Below are positions 1 through 10,391 of a stretch of 64,000 nucleotides of DNA, piece after piece (within the stretch, counting starts at the first letter, position 1; each line of letters opens with the position of its first letter). The notes under the pieces were generated by a model. That model saw only the letters and a program-made list of their open reading frames with translations. It was not told where the DNA came from and did not search any database. The stretch lies in sequence record PV472050.1; one strand, given 5' to 3'. The position numbers and the translations under genes are program-made.

Positions 1-690
1 CAGCTCCTGGAAACCCTCTACAAGGTGAAGTTCGAAAACGAGGCGTTGAATGAAGGGTTCCATACCGTCCGGGAGACCCTTAAAGAGAACATTCAGGCTC
101 AACGGGTGAAGTTGACCCGGGTGAACACTCCGGTGATCATGGACCTCGTTCAGCAGCTCAACGCAGCGTATATGACGATCTCGGATAAGGCGATCGACAT
201 GTCTCGGATTCGTCTGAGTGAGTTGGGTAATCTGGTGGATGTAACCGATGCCGAGAAGGTCAAGAGCATTGCGGGATACTACCAAGTCCCTGGACTCCTC
301 AGTGATTACCAGGGCGTGGCGGTTGCCATGCGTAACTTCAGCCAATATTGCCAATCTGTAACCAGTCAGCTGTTGGCGGTCGAAAACCAGGTAGCAGCGT
401 TGGTGGGTTGGTATCACCGTTCTCACATGTGGTATTACCATGGTCTGTTGGATGACATTGAAAAGCTTCGTGAAATCAATATCCAAGCTCGCGAGGCGGG
501 GCACTCTCCTGTGGCGAATGCGGAGGGTTATCCGACATTGGCGTTGGATTTTATTCCGGAAGCGGATGCAAAGACCTTCCTGGAGAAGATGAGTGGGACG
601 ATGAAAATCGTGATTGAAAACGACATTGGTGAGCTTCGTTCCAAGTACAATGCCTTGGCACGACAAACTGGATGGGGGAGACCCGTATGA
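1..690 (+). CDS. Putative virion structural protein, 5'-truncated by the window edge
   Basis: The frame is open from base 1 to TGA 688-690. It is coupled to the next gene by an ATGA overlap and lies at the edge of the structural module. Confidence 0.55.
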   Translation, partial: QLLETLYKVKFENEALNEGFHTVRETLKENIQAQRVKLTRVNTPVIMDLVQQLNAAYMTISDKAIDMSRIRLSELGNLVDVTDAEKVKSIAGYYQVPGLLSDYQGVAVAMRNFSQYCQSVTSQLLAVENQVAALVGWYHRSHMWYYHGLLDDIEKLREINIQAREAGHSPVANAEGYPTLALDFIPEADAKTFLEKMSGTMKIVIENDIGELRSKYNALARQTGWGRPV

Positions 691-1418
691 ATCGTGAAGT
701 GTGTGAACTGGGTATTAAAGCCCTGCACGAACTGGAATTGATCCGTAAGACCAGTGAGGACGACCTCGCTCTGCTGAAAGAAGGGATAGGACCTGAAGCC
801 GCTTACGCCATCATTGACCGGTACTGGTCTGGTGAACAGGCGGAAAAAATGAAAGTTCGTGTTACGGCTCAGTTCCCTAAGGACAACGGAGGTATTATCC
901 TCTGCACGTCGTTGGGTGAGCAGGCTGGTTATATCCTGGCTCTGGGGGCTACCAAGGCCTTCTTTGCGGTGGTGTTCCCCAGGATCGGGGGTCGACTGGA
1001 ACAGGTGTTCTCGTCTATTAACCGAGCGGACCTGAATGATCCCGTTGCCCTGGAGAAGTACAACGAACTCCGTAAGGAACCGGCCCGGTTCTTTGAGTAC
1101 TTTGCTAACGGGTTTTTCGAAGGGAAAGAGAAGGTTGCGGACGGTGAGATTACCTGTTGGACTCAACTGCGTGATCAAGCCCGTTGTGTGGATGACGGGG
1201 ATTACCTCCTTCTGGATGACTATGACTTCGAATTGAAGCAGGTCAAGGAGAACTTCTACCAGTATTACCTCTCACCCTCTTCGATCAAAGAGCAATCTCT
1301 GGCCGGTATCGATTACTACACCCAACAACTTGGTGTTCGGGTGCGGTTGGCTAAGTTGTTCTCGTGTTTCTTGGACGAGTTGATTGAAGGTAATCTTCCC
1401 TCTAAAGACACCGAGTAA
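687..1418 (+). CDS. Hypothetical protein, probably virion-associated (243 aa)
   Basis: ATG 687 overlaps the upstream stop (ATGA) and has GGGGAG upstream. It is followed by a long hairpin. Confidence 0.6.
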   Translation: MNREVCELGIKALHELELIRKTSEDDLALLKEGIGPEAAYAIIDRYWSGEQAEKMKVRVTAQFPKDNGGIILCTSLGEQAGYILALGATKAFFAVVFPRIGGRLEQVFSSINRADLNDPVALEKYNELRKEPARFFEYFANGFFEGKEKVADGEITCWTQLRDQARCVDDGDYLLLDDYDFELKQVKENFYQYYLSPSSIKEQSLAGIDYYTQQLGVRVRLAKLFSCFLDELIEGNLPSKDTE

Positions 1419-1426
1419 CGTAAAGG

Positions 1427-1467
1427 TACCCCTACCCACTCCCCTTAACGGGGAGTGGGTAGGGGTA
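1427..1467. terminator. Bidirectional terminator-like hairpin (18-bp perfect stem)
   Basis: TACCCCTACCCACTCCCC-TTAAC-GGGGAGTGGGTAGGGGTA lies between convergent genes. Confidence 0.8.
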
Positions 1468-1473
1468 TACGTC

Positions 1474-4404
1474 TTAAATGGTGGTCGTCATTCTGACGTC
1501 ATGGGGTTGGAAGATGATATCAATGGCTTCCTGTATCGATACCAGTCCATCGCTGGTTAAGGCGAGTCGTTTACGAATACTGAACCCGGTGAGGTCATCC
1601 AAGTTACTGATGACATCCACGGTACTGTCGCCCGCAAACGCACTCAACTTAACACTCACCACCTCTTCACTCACATTCTCCTTTAAGGCTTCTGCAAGGT
1701 CTAAGGTACTGACTGTTGTCTTATCAAACAATGCCATATTGAGTTGGCGAGGGGTGCTCTCCTCCAAGGCGGCGCGGAGGTTGGGGTTACGGTAGCCATT
1801 TTCCGTGAGGTAGTAGGTGACCGAGAACGCCAGATCCTGCCGAAGGGTGGATTCATAGTTACTGTTGATCACCACCCGCTGATACCCCAGCTTACTCCGA
1901 GGTTGGTAGAACAGGTCGGTCTGGTCAATCGCTTCCGAGCTAAAGGCCAGCATGTCTTGGTTAATACCGTTGACAAAGAAGTCCTTCGTGTATTTAGCAA
2001 ATTGGATATCGTATTCGTCTTTGCTGAACTGATAGTTCGCATCGAAGGCAATGAAGTCCCAATAGTACTTCAGCTTACGGGGTTCCAACTCAACCGGAAC
2101 ACCATTCTCGTAAACGATATCAATCCCCCTCCGGTACAGCAACCGCATTGTACCATCCGGGTTATAGACGATGTCACCCGCCTTATGTTCGATCACTGGT
2201 TTCCCTTCACTGTCGAACACAATCTGACCATTCTCCCGTTTCACCTGGGTAGTCTCATACCGTTCCGGAACATCCGCTTCGTAGTGCTTGTACTGGGCTT
2301 CACCCACCAGGGGACGAATCCGACTGTACAGGTTACCCAACCGACGACCGAACTCAACTTTGTAATGGGTTTCAATCACCCCCACCATCGGGATATCAAA
2401 GATGGTCTCATCAATCTTGTCATCGATTTGAGACTGAGTCACCTCTTTATCCCCCGCCCGGGTAAAGATAAAGGTGATATCTGTGGTCAGTTCACTACCG
2501 GTCTTACTCTGCTGACTTCCAAACTGCCAGAAGTTAGTAAAGTACAAGACGTCCGCCACATCCACATCAAACTGGGTGTTTAAGGTGAACTCCCAGACCC
2601 GTTCCTTATTGGGCAGCACACCCACCAGTTTACCAGCTACACTGGCCAGGCTGTTACTGTCCAGCGGGTTAATGGACAGTTGGATCCCTACACTGGTATT
2701 CGGCAGTTCCTTATACGAATCCCCCGATTGAGTCACCAAGGTAATGAGATACCCGGTTTCTCGGTGTTCAATGGTGATTTGCCCCACGCCCAGTTCCAGA
2801 CCCAATGCCGCGTTGTCGTCCACAAAGGTTTGATACCGAATCATCGGAGAGTCCAGATGATAGGTCCTGAGGACGGCTTGCTTGTTCGTGGTATCCAGTA
2901 CGTAGTAGAAAGGGGTATAGACCAGGGTATTCTCCGCCATCATGTCCACCTGCTGTTCAGGGGTCATGTTGAAGTAGGCATCCCGAGTCAACTTGTTCAC
3001 CAGAACACTGGTGGGTTTATTGATGTTGAACAACACATTGTGAGGAATAGTCACCCGTTCCCCGTTGTCCAATACCACCCCGCTAGCCACCAGGTCTTCG
3101 ACTGACGCCAAATAGCTTCCCACGTAACACGCCATCGGCGCGTAGAAGCCTTTGTTATCCTGAATAGGCAATTCCTTCGTTAATGCAAAGGAACGCTTCG
3201 TCATGTAGTCAATGACCTTAACCGAACTGTACCCGCGGTTCTCTGCCGCTCCTTTCAGGTTGTTTTCAGTGATCGGGAGGGTGCGTTGTTGACGACCATC
3301 AATTACCCGTTGTTTAATTTCCGTAAAGGGAATAGGATCTGTACCACCCGAGACAATCGCATCCATCTTCCAGGCAATACCCCCCGCATTCACCAGAGGG
3401 ACTGAATAGGGATCCAACTTATCAGACCCATACCGATAGTCCCGATAGGCGGGTTTAATGTCCATCGGGGACACCGTGGTAAGGTCTTTGGTCAACGCCC
3501 CTTTGGTGGTATACGTGTAGATGTTGATAATACCCCGACCAATGTCATTCCCTGACGTGATGTACACATCTGGGATCTCATACGAGAACCGTTTATTCAC
3601 GGTATCGATACTGAGGGCTAGGGTTACATTCAACGGATCAAAGACATCTTGGTCGTAGGACACCCGGATCTCTTTCAGTTCCCCATTCCGTTGCAACATC
3701 GCACGAACCCCATACAGGTTGTCCGTGTACTCAATAATCCCCCGACAGCCAGAGGCTTCGTTAGACGTGAGGTTCTCTGTGGCCTTACAGCTCAATTGAG
3801 CCACGGGAATCGATACCATCACATACCGACGGTTATCCACTTGTTTGAAGGTACGGTCCAAGAGGTTCGTGGAAATAGGAATAAAGGGGTTAGGCGAACT
3901 GTCGTCGTAAACGATCTTCCACCCATTCCGTTCGTTGTACTGGATCCGTATCCCATTGACGACCCAGAAGTCATATCCGTTGACATTCAAGATGGTATCC
4001 TTGGGTACGAGGATCTCTTTATAGACCACGGTGTTCTTACCGACGGTTTGCCGACGATCCACAGCAATCTTCAAGAAGTTCTCAATATCCATGGTGAGAA
4101 TCATCACTGAAGTCGAGGGATTCGCAAACAACCCAAACCGCTCTTCATCCGACATGTTCATGCTCAGCTCACTGACATTCCGAGCGTGCAGCAGGAACTT
4201 ACGGCTGTTGACATCCAACAGGCGGTTAATGAAGCCGTGCGAGGTACCTAGGATCAAATCCATGGCCAGGACAAAGGGGTGACTCTTACTGTTGAGTTTA
4301 ACGGTCCCATTGAACCAGTTATTCTCGATCTCATTCACAACGAGGTTAATACCCCGAATGGGGTTGTTTGCAATACGTTCCAATTCATCTTGACTAATAG
4401 CCAT
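1474..4404 (-). CDS. Baseplate wedge protein (phiKZ gp87-like; T4 gp6/baseplate J-like), 976 aa
   Basis: It contains 'VSGGTDPIPFTEIKQRVI', resembling the baseplate J/gp6 GG-x-D motif. Size and position divergent to the head-protein cluster match phiKZ-like phages (recalled synteny). Confidence 0.7.
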   Translation of the reverse strand: MAISQDELERIANNPIRGINLVVNEIENNWFNGTVKLNSKSHPFVLAMDLILGTSHGFINRLLDVNSRKFLLHARNVSELSMNMSDEERFGLFANPSTSVMILTMDIENFLKIAVDRRQTVGKNTVVYKEILVPKDTILNVNGYDFWVVNGIRIQYNERNGWKIVYDDSSPNPFIPISTNLLDRTFKQVDNRRYVMVSIPVAQLSCKATENLTSNEASGCRGIIEYTDNLYGVRAMLQRNGELKEIRVSYDQDVFDPLNVTLALSIDTVNKRFSYEIPDVYITSGNDIGRGIINIYTYTTKGALTKDLTTVSPMDIKPAYRDYRYGSDKLDPYSVPLVNAGGIAWKMDAIVSGGTDPIPFTEIKQRVIDGRQQRTLPITENNLKGAAENRGYSSVKVIDYMTKRSFALTKELPIQDNKGFYAPMACYVGSYLASVEDLVASGVVLDNGERVTIPHNVLFNINKPTSVLVNKLTRDAYFNMTPEQQVDMMAENTLVYTPFYYVLDTTNKQAVLRTYHLDSPMIRYQTFVDDNAALGLELGVGQITIEHRETGYLITLVTQSGDSYKELPNTSVGIQLSINPLDSNSLASVAGKLVGVLPNKERVWEFTLNTQFDVDVADVLYFTNFWQFGSQQSKTGSELTTDITFIFTRAGDKEVTQSQIDDKIDETIFDIPMVGVIETHYKVEFGRRLGNLYSRIRPLVGEAQYKHYEADVPERYETTQVKRENGQIVFDSEGKPVIEHKAGDIVYNPDGTMRLLYRRGIDIVYENGVPVELEPRKLKYYWDFIAFDANYQFSKDEYDIQFAKYTKDFFVNGINQDMLAFSSEAIDQTDLFYQPRSKLGYQRVVINSNYESTLRQDLAFSVTYYLTENGYRNPNLRAALEESTPRQLNMALFDKTTVSTLDLAEALKENVSEEVVSVKLSAFAGDSTVDVISNLDDLTGFSIRKRLALTSDGLVSIQEAIDIIFQPHDVRMTTTI

Positions 4405-5477
4405 TAGCGTTTACCCCACAATTCCAGTTCCATAGTCGCCAGGTTAATCCAGGGATACGAGCCGTAACCCGACAAGTACCGTTCCCTGAACGGAAGTTTG
4501 TAGTAATACTGATTCCTGACCCGAGGGTGCAGGTTAGGGTTGACCCTCAACGTAGTACGGTTAAAGGCATCCGCAATTTGGATATTGTTAAACCGGAATC
4601 CCTGACAATCAAAGGAGATATCCAGTTCATCAACCCCTTGACCCCTCAGACTGTTCTGAGTACGGTCAATGGTACTGTACGCCCCCGACGGGAAGGTCGT
4701 AGGCCACCCACCCCCACAGCAGAAGATCCATTCGATATTCCGCATGTTCTTGTTCATGATGAGGTGGTAAATACGGGTGGTGTAGTCCTTATAGTTCTGG
4801 AACAACGCATTGGGGTACGGTTCCATCCCTTCATCCCCGAGGGTCACCGCTTCAATGTAGTGAACCCACACTTCGTACATATACGCCAATACGTTGTGTT
4901 TAATACCGTGATAGGTTTGTCTTAGGGTATAGTCGTAGTTGACTTTCAAGACCCCATCGACCCACGCATACACTTCTTTACGGAACCCAGGTTCACTTTT
5001 GCCCGACGGTAACGAAAGATCAGGAAACCCTGAACTGACTTTAAGAAAGTTCGTTGCGGGAGGTATCCAGGGGTTCAAGGGATCCAGGGGAGTAACATCA
5101 TTCGCATTCGCCGCTCCCCAAACCGGATCCAGTAACCCTTTTACGTACGCGTTCAAACTGTTCCGTTGAGGACGGTACAAGGAGACCAATTGAGGATGAA
5201 GGATTACATTCTCATCCGACAGATTCAGCATGGGACGCGACATAAACGCTAATCCTATGGTGTCGTCTGGGATGGGCGCTAACTGATTGCCAGGCCCTAG
5301 AATACGAAATCCACGTAACAGGTTTGTCAAGGCGTTATCAAAACCAGGACCGCCATTCTCACGGAACGCGTAATTCCACCATTCCAGGATGGTTTCTTTC
5401 GTGACTTCTCTGCTGGGTGGCGTATTCCCAGGTGTTCTGTCCAACCAAGCGTCGTAATTATTCGGGTCTTCGGCCAT
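4404..5477 (-). CDS. Tail-tube-like baseplate/virion protein (phiKZ gp88-like), 357 aa
   Basis: It contains an 'FMSRPMLNLS' motif similar to the F-x-RP-x-LNL of jumbo-phage tube-like baseplate proteins. Its stop overlaps the start of the wedge gene. Confidence 0.55.
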   Translation of the reverse strand: MAEDPNNYDAWLDRTPGNTPPSREVTKETILEWWNYAFRENGGPGFDNALTNLLRGFRILGPGNQLAPIPDDTIGLAFMSRPMLNLSDENVILHPQLVSLYRPQRNSLNAYVKGLLDPVWGAANANDVTPLDPLNPWIPPATNFLKVSSGFPDLSLPSGKSEPGFRKEVYAWVDGVLKVNYDYTLRQTYHGIKHNVLAYMYEVWVHYIEAVTLGDEGMEPYPNALFQNYKDYTTRIYHLIMNKNMRNIEWIFCCGGGWPTTFPSGAYSTIDRTQNSLRGQGVDELDISFDCQGFRFNNIQIADAFNRTTLRVNPNLHPRVRNQYYYKLPFRERYLSGYGSYPWINLATMELELWGKR

Positions 5478-5510
5478 TGTTTATTACCTTAAAGTGATCA
5501 GGGGTTTATC

Positions 5511-6605
5511 ATGATAGGACAAGTATTGTCTCTAGGGTCCTTCTTCTTGGACATCGCCAAGCAGCTGTATCCTGAGAGCAAGGATATCGCCTCGGCGGCC
5601 CAAGTAACGGACCGGGCCAAACATTCATACAATGTGATTTCCACGAGCTCGGTACAACGTAGTGCAGCCCGCACTATTTTGAATCCGATGGTCGCCATTG
5701 AGGGGACTCTTATCCACCAGGAATACACCCCGGATCTCATGACGGTGGTGACCCTACGGGATATTACCGCAACACTGACTCACCTCGCGTTGCAGAATTC
5801 CGTAGAAGTGGGGGTTAAGGTAGAGAACCTCATCGGGAGCATCAGTCCCAACCGCGGTGGGATGATGAGTCTCTTCTCGGGACTGGAAGCGATGGATAAC
5901 AACATCAAACCCAAAGACCCGGCTACCCCGAACCAAGTTCAGGTCAATAGCAAGACCTACAGTGAACTGATGGAGTTCACCCCCCTGGCGGTGGGTAAAG
6001 TGGTGAACGCCACGCTCTACGGAGCGAATGGTAACAAGATCGAAGTTCCCCTCACCATCCGTCAGATCCCGATCCCGGTGACCCATGAGAACCTGGTGAC
6101 CCTCTTCTCTGCCGCTAAACCCGATGAAGGGTTGAAGATGCGGTGGATCATGAAGAAGAGTGGCGAGATCACCACGCCTCAGTGGTTTGATGGTAGCGAC
6201 ATCGTTAAAGCCCGTTTTAAAGCGAAGATGGGTGATACCTCCGGGTATTACAAGGAAGCCATGAAGCGGGATACCCAGAATAAGCTGGAAGCGATTCGCA
6301 CGGGTATCATTAGCATGAACTCCATGGCGAATACGGTTATCATCACTCAAGATACGGCGACTCAGCTCGAACTGGAAATCGGTCGTAAGTTTGCCGATCC
6401 GGTTAGCCGTGAAAAAATCTTCGAGAGTATTTCGGCGAATACCCTCGTTATCGTGAATGATGACCGGGGTATTTTCACGTTCTACACCGATGGTCAAACC
6501 ATGCCGGAAGTTTACACACGTCGAGACTTGTCCGTTAAGTCCAAGAAAGAAGGCTCTGCGAACACGCTACAAGATCTCGTTAAATTGCTCAACGGGGGTC
6601 TCTAA
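5511..6605 (+). CDS. Virion structural/head protein (phiKZ gp89-like), 364 aa
   Basis: Long ORF, first of the head-protein operon. A TAATG overlap couples it to the next gene. The assignment is from synteny. Confidence 0.55.
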   Translation: MIGQVLSLGSFFLDIAKQLYPESKDIASAAQVTDRAKHSYNVISTSSVQRSAARTILNPMVAIEGTLIHQEYTPDLMTVVTLRDITATLTHLALQNSVEVGVKVENLIGSISPNRGGMMSLFSGLEAMDNNIKPKDPATPNQVQVNSKTYSELMEFTPLAVGKVVNATLYGANGNKIEVPLTIRQIPIPVTHENLVTLFSAAKPDEGLKMRWIMKKSGEITTPQWFDGSDIVKARFKAKMGDTSGYYKEAMKRDTQNKLEAIRTGIISMNSMANTVIITQDTATQLELEIGRKFADPVSREKIFESISANTLVIVNDDRGIFTFYTDGQTMPEVYTRRDLSVKSKKEGSANTLQDLVKLLNGGL

Positions 6606-7489
6606 TGAATATCTTTGAATACGTGAAGGGTGTTAAGACGTTCAAGAAGAACGAACTGATAACCAAACTCACTACCCTCACGGTGGCCAGTAACGACCTG
6701 ATTTCGAACCTCGAACGAATGGTAGCGAATAAGGTGGATTTGAGCCATGAAATCAATCAGTGGGTGATTACCAAGAGTATTGTTCGTGAACTGGACAATA
6801 ACGGGTACCGGGGTGTAGGCTTTGTGGGTGCTACCCGGGGATCGTGTGAAACGATTATCAGTTTGGTCCCCGGCTTAACGAAACGGGTGAATGGGTATAA
6901 AGACGAAGTCTGGGATGGTAAGCTCCTGACCTTGCGTCAAGTCAATATCCTGAACCTGATGGAACACGTGGAGTATTGGTTGAAATACACCAATATGGTC
7001 TACAGTGTTCTGCTGGACTTGAACAACCAGTCGGTCACCACCCCTGAGAAGGCCTTGGATAAGGCTGACTTGAAACTGGTGAATGGGACCCTGGAGTTCT
7101 ACAAGTCGGTTACCTTGGACCTCCTGAAAGGGTCTCGCCGTCTCCTGGAGGGTCTGGATGATCTTCCGGATGTGGAAGTCAATGAAACCTCGTTGGCTGT
7201 TCTGGAAGCCACTGATCCTAAAGCCGCTCCGGATTACCTGAAGCGAGGCTTTGGGGTCCATTTGCTGAATCCGAAGTATTGGATCAGTTTGGCGAACATG
7301 AACCTGAACATTGCACGTATCGAGAAGATGCGTCGGGACAACGAACTCTTCGCCATGAAGATCTCGAAAGCCGTGAACATGAAGAACGGTGTCAACGATG
7401 CTGAAATCGATCGTCAGATCGAGGTGCTTCAGGACGAGATCATCAAGAACGTTAACACCATTGAAACCATCGAGAGACGCTATGAATAG
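6605..7489 (+). CDS. Virion structural/inner-body protein (phiKZ gp90-like), 294 aa
   Basis: Translationally coupled ORF with a helical, coiled-coil-like C-terminus. The assignment is from synteny. Confidence 0.55.
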   Translation: MNIFEYVKGVKTFKKNELITKLTTLTVASNDLISNLERMVANKVDLSHEINQWVITKSIVRELDNNGYRGVGFVGATRGSCETIISLVPGLTKRVNGYKDEVWDGKLLTLRQVNILNLMEHVEYWLKYTNMVYSVLLDLNNQSVTTPEKALDKADLKLVNGTLEFYKSVTLDLLKGSRRLLEGLDDLPDVEVNETSLAVLEATDPKAAPDYLKRGFGVHLLNPKYWISLANMNLNIARIEKMRRDNELFAMKISKAVNMKNGVNDAEIDRQIEVLQDEIIKNVNTIETIERRYE

Positions 7490-7994
7490 TTTTCGTCGCT
7501 CCCCCAATGGGTTTGTGAACGCAAAGCTGACGGATGCGGAGATGACGGAGGCCTTTACTAACCTCAATCTCCTCCGGAAGGATGCGTACAGTGATTTCGA
7601 ATTGGTCATCAAAGGTCATGTGGCCATTGAAACCATTCGGGATGTCACTCGGTTGGTGGGTCCCAGTTTCCGTCAGTTCATGGAAGCCAACTACGACAGT
7701 GGTCGTGCACCTATTGCAGGGTTGATCAAAGACATTGTTCATTACCTCAATGGGCGTATGGGTCACCACTCGCTGATTACGTCGCTTCGTATTGAGGAGC
7801 GTAAACTCCTGAGTGCGTCGAAAGTGCGTAAAGCGACCTACCGCCAAACCCAAACCACGGGCAGTCCGCTTCCGCTCCTGGAAGACGGTTACATCGTCCA
7901 CGATTACGATCTCTATCGCCTAATGTCCGGTATCAGTCCTTCCAATGTAGGGCGGACCTTGTTGCTACTGGGCGGTGAGAATTACTACAGCTGA
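7482..7994 (+). CDS. Conserved hypothetical protein in the head operon (170 aa)
   Basis: ATG 7482 overlaps the end of the upstream gene. The longer 7389 start lies deep inside the upstream CDS. Confidence 0.6.
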   Translation: MNSFRRSPNGFVNAKLTDAEMTEAFTNLNLLRKDAYSDFELVIKGHVAIETIRDVTRLVGPSFRQFMEANYDSGRAPIAGLIKDIVHYLNGRMGHHSLITSLRIEERKLLSASKVRKATYRQTQTTGSPLPLLEDGYIVHDYDLYRLMSGISPSNVGRTLLLLGGENYYS

Positions 7995-8016
7995 CCCTTA
8001 GGTGGAGAAGAGTGCA

Positions 8017-9312
8017 ATGAATGATGATGAAAAGACGTTGGCTGCTGAAATGGCTGCGGTCAGCGCAGTCAAATCCCAGGAGATCGTGGAAGCCGCCCGT
8101 TCCACGGCGGAACTGTCGGAGTACCAAAACAGCCTCGATGATCTGTTCGATCGCGTGATTGAAGTCCAACGCACGTTGAACACCCTGGAAGCTCACGAGG
8201 TGACGCCGGAGTTGGCTGAACAGCTCGATAAAGACCTGATTGCCGCAGAAGCCCTCCCAGAGGCCGTAGAAGGGGCGGAAGCCTTGGGGCTTACCCTTCT
8301 CCCTAAGGCATACCTTGCGACGCGTCTAGCGGGCTGTGAGAGCTTCCTGAGCGACTTCTTTAAGAGCTCCCGGGAAGTAGTCAGTTTGATTGGAACCTTC
8401 TTCCGGGATTCGTACGTTCTCTTTATGGAATCCCAGGAGAGTCTGAGTAAGCAGATTGACCTGCTGGAAACCCGGTTGTCCTCTGTCGAGAAGTTTGGCA
8501 GTCAAGGTACCTTTATCCTGGGTCACCGTCTCTTTAACCGGTTTAAGATCAACGGTAAAGTGGATGAGAACTGGGCGGGTAACCTGACCAAGCTCAATCA
8601 AACCCTGTCGGGTCTGAGTAATAACTACTACCTCAACAGCAAGAATGCGTTGGCGGCATCGTTCAGTTACTTCGGTGGGTTTGCAGGTCTGACCCAAGTG
8701 GAAGTAGACGAACGCCTCTGCATGATGCCGGTGAGTCTACCATCAACGCCGTTTAAGGAATGTACTTATCCGGATAAACGCCGTTCGGGACCTAACGTGG
8801 TGGCTAAACGGTCGGTCGAGCTGATGGGTGGTGCATACTTCTACGATGTTCGCAGTACCGTTAAACCGGTGATCCTGAAGAACCCTGACGACATTCAAGA
8901 CTTTGTGATCCGTTACACTGAAATTGATCACACCGGTTTCGATAACAACGAAGAGTATACCCTTCGGGATGTTGGGGCTGAAGTGAAGGCGTTGTCGAGT
9001 GAAGACATTAAGACTGTCATCAAACTCCTGCGTCAGCTCTTGAAAGACTGGGGTAAGGTCTTTGAAATGGCGGAGACCTACCGCGTAACGGATTCGGATT
9101 ACAACGACATCATTAAAGGTTTCCTGGAAGCCGATATCAGTGATGAGGCGAAGACGGTGTTGTCGAAGACGTTCGCTAAAGTCGTTCGTAAGAACCAAAC
9201 CGAGCTCTTGGGTATTCGCGCTGAGGTCTCGAACTACCTCACTCTGATTGTCAACGGGATGGTGTCTATCTGTAACGATTCCATTGGGCTTTACGAAGAA
9301 AGCCTGGACTAA
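8017..9312 (+). CDS. Internal head protein with acidic propeptide (phiKZ internal head protein family)
   Basis: The N-terminal ~110 aa is Glu/Ala-rich and ends in G-x-E sites (EGAE, AGCE), followed by 'SFLSDFFK', typical of processed phiKZ head proteins. Confidence 0.65.
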   Translation: MNDDEKTLAAEMAAVSAVKSQEIVEAARSTAELSEYQNSLDDLFDRVIEVQRTLNTLEAHEVTPELAEQLDKDLIAAEALPEAVEGAEALGLTLLPKAYLATRLAGCESFLSDFFKSSREVVSLIGTFFRDSYVLFMESQESLSKQIDLLETRLSSVEKFGSQGTFILGHRLFNRFKINGKVDENWAGNLTKLNQTLSGLSNNYYLNSKNALAASFSYFGGFAGLTQVEVDERLCMMPVSLPSTPFKECTYPDKRRSGPNVVAKRSVELMGGAYFYDVRSTVKPVILKNPDDIQDFVIRYTEIDHTGFDNNEEYTLRDVGAEVKALSSEDIKTVIKLLRQLLKDWGKVFEMAETYRVTDSDYNDIIKGFLEADISDEAKTVLSKTFAKVVRKNQTELLGIRAEVSNYLTLIVNGMVSICNDSIGLYEESLD

Positions 9313-9325
9313 GCGGGGTGAGGGT

Positions 9326-10339
9326 ATGAGCGCGGGTTATAAAAGCCAATACGTTGATGCCCTCGAACAACACCAGGACCTGATACAGGCTCACTCAGAA
9401 CTCCTTGAGTTGGGCAGTATCATGGGAATGGATGATGTCGAGGGCAGTGAGGCGTTGAAAGAAGCCGCCATGGACAGCTTGTCTTCGGTGGGTCGGGGTT
9501 TGTTCAGTGTGAGTAAATGGGTCGGGGGTAAAGCGATTGATGGCTTTATTCGTGGTATGACGACCGCAGGTAATCAACTGAACAAGAGTTTCAATGACAA
9601 TCAAGGACTTATTAAAAATGTCCTTAAAGACGCTGGTAAGGTGGCTGACAAAGATATTCAGGTTACTGGCAAGAAGATTGGACTGATTACTGCGACGGGT
9701 AACCCTGACCGTATTCTTCACGACATGGATCTTCTGGTTAAGGACCTCGAAGTCGTTGAACAACACGCCAAAGACCTGATGGGGTTCTTGGACCGTGAAT
9801 TGGTGACCTTGAAGCAGTTGAAATCGGCTAAGAAGTCCGAAGACATTCACAAGGTCATTGATGCGTTCAATGAGTTGGAATACCCGGTTATGAAGTTCGC
9901 TGACCGGTTGGATAAGGCGTATAAGTCTGAGGTGCTACCGGGTGGTCGTTTCTTCCTCTTCAAACAGGAAGAAGACGATAAACCTGCGGTGTATTCCATT
10001 GGGGGTGAACCGCATGAAGGGGAAGGGGTGACCCTGAACCTGTCTAAAACCGAGGTCACTGACATCCTGAATAAACTCGGGAAGGTCAATGCGTTGCACT
10101 TGCGGGTTAAGGCATCGTATGAGAGTTATCTCGGATTCATCAAATCTTGGGCTGAAATGGTCAAAGGTGTTGATGGTAACTTGAGTCAACTCGATCAAGT
10201 GAGTAAGACGGTAATAGGCGAAGCTGAGAAGCTGATGGCCGGGAACATGGGAGCGCTCGCATTTTATAGCGGATTCACTCCTCGTGTGGTCGGTTATACC
10301 GATAAGTACATTCATGGTGTACTTGGGGTATTCGCTTGA
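9326..10339 (+). CDS. Internal head protein paralogue (337 aa)
   Basis: A short acidic leader ends in 'VEGSEA'. There is a GAGGG RBS upstream of ATG 9326, and the gene lies in the head-protein cluster. Confidence 0.6.
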   Translation: MSAGYKSQYVDALEQHQDLIQAHSELLELGSIMGMDDVEGSEALKEAAMDSLSSVGRGLFSVSKWVGGKAIDGFIRGMTTAGNQLNKSFNDNQGLIKNVLKDAGKVADKDIQVTGKKIGLITATGNPDRILHDMDLLVKDLEVVEQHAKDLMGFLDRELVTLKQLKSAKKSEDIHKVIDAFNELEYPVMKFADRLDKAYKSEVLPGGRFFLFKQEEDDKPAVYSIGGEPHEGEGVTLNLSKTEVTDILNKLGKVNALHLRVKASYESYLGFIKSWAEMVKGVDGNLSQLDQVSKTVIGEAEKLMAGNMGALAFYSGFTPRVVGYTDKYIHGVLGVFA

Positions 10340-10391
10340 TTTGTTTATAAACAATCATTTCATTTCGTTAACGAAACAAAGGAAACAACTC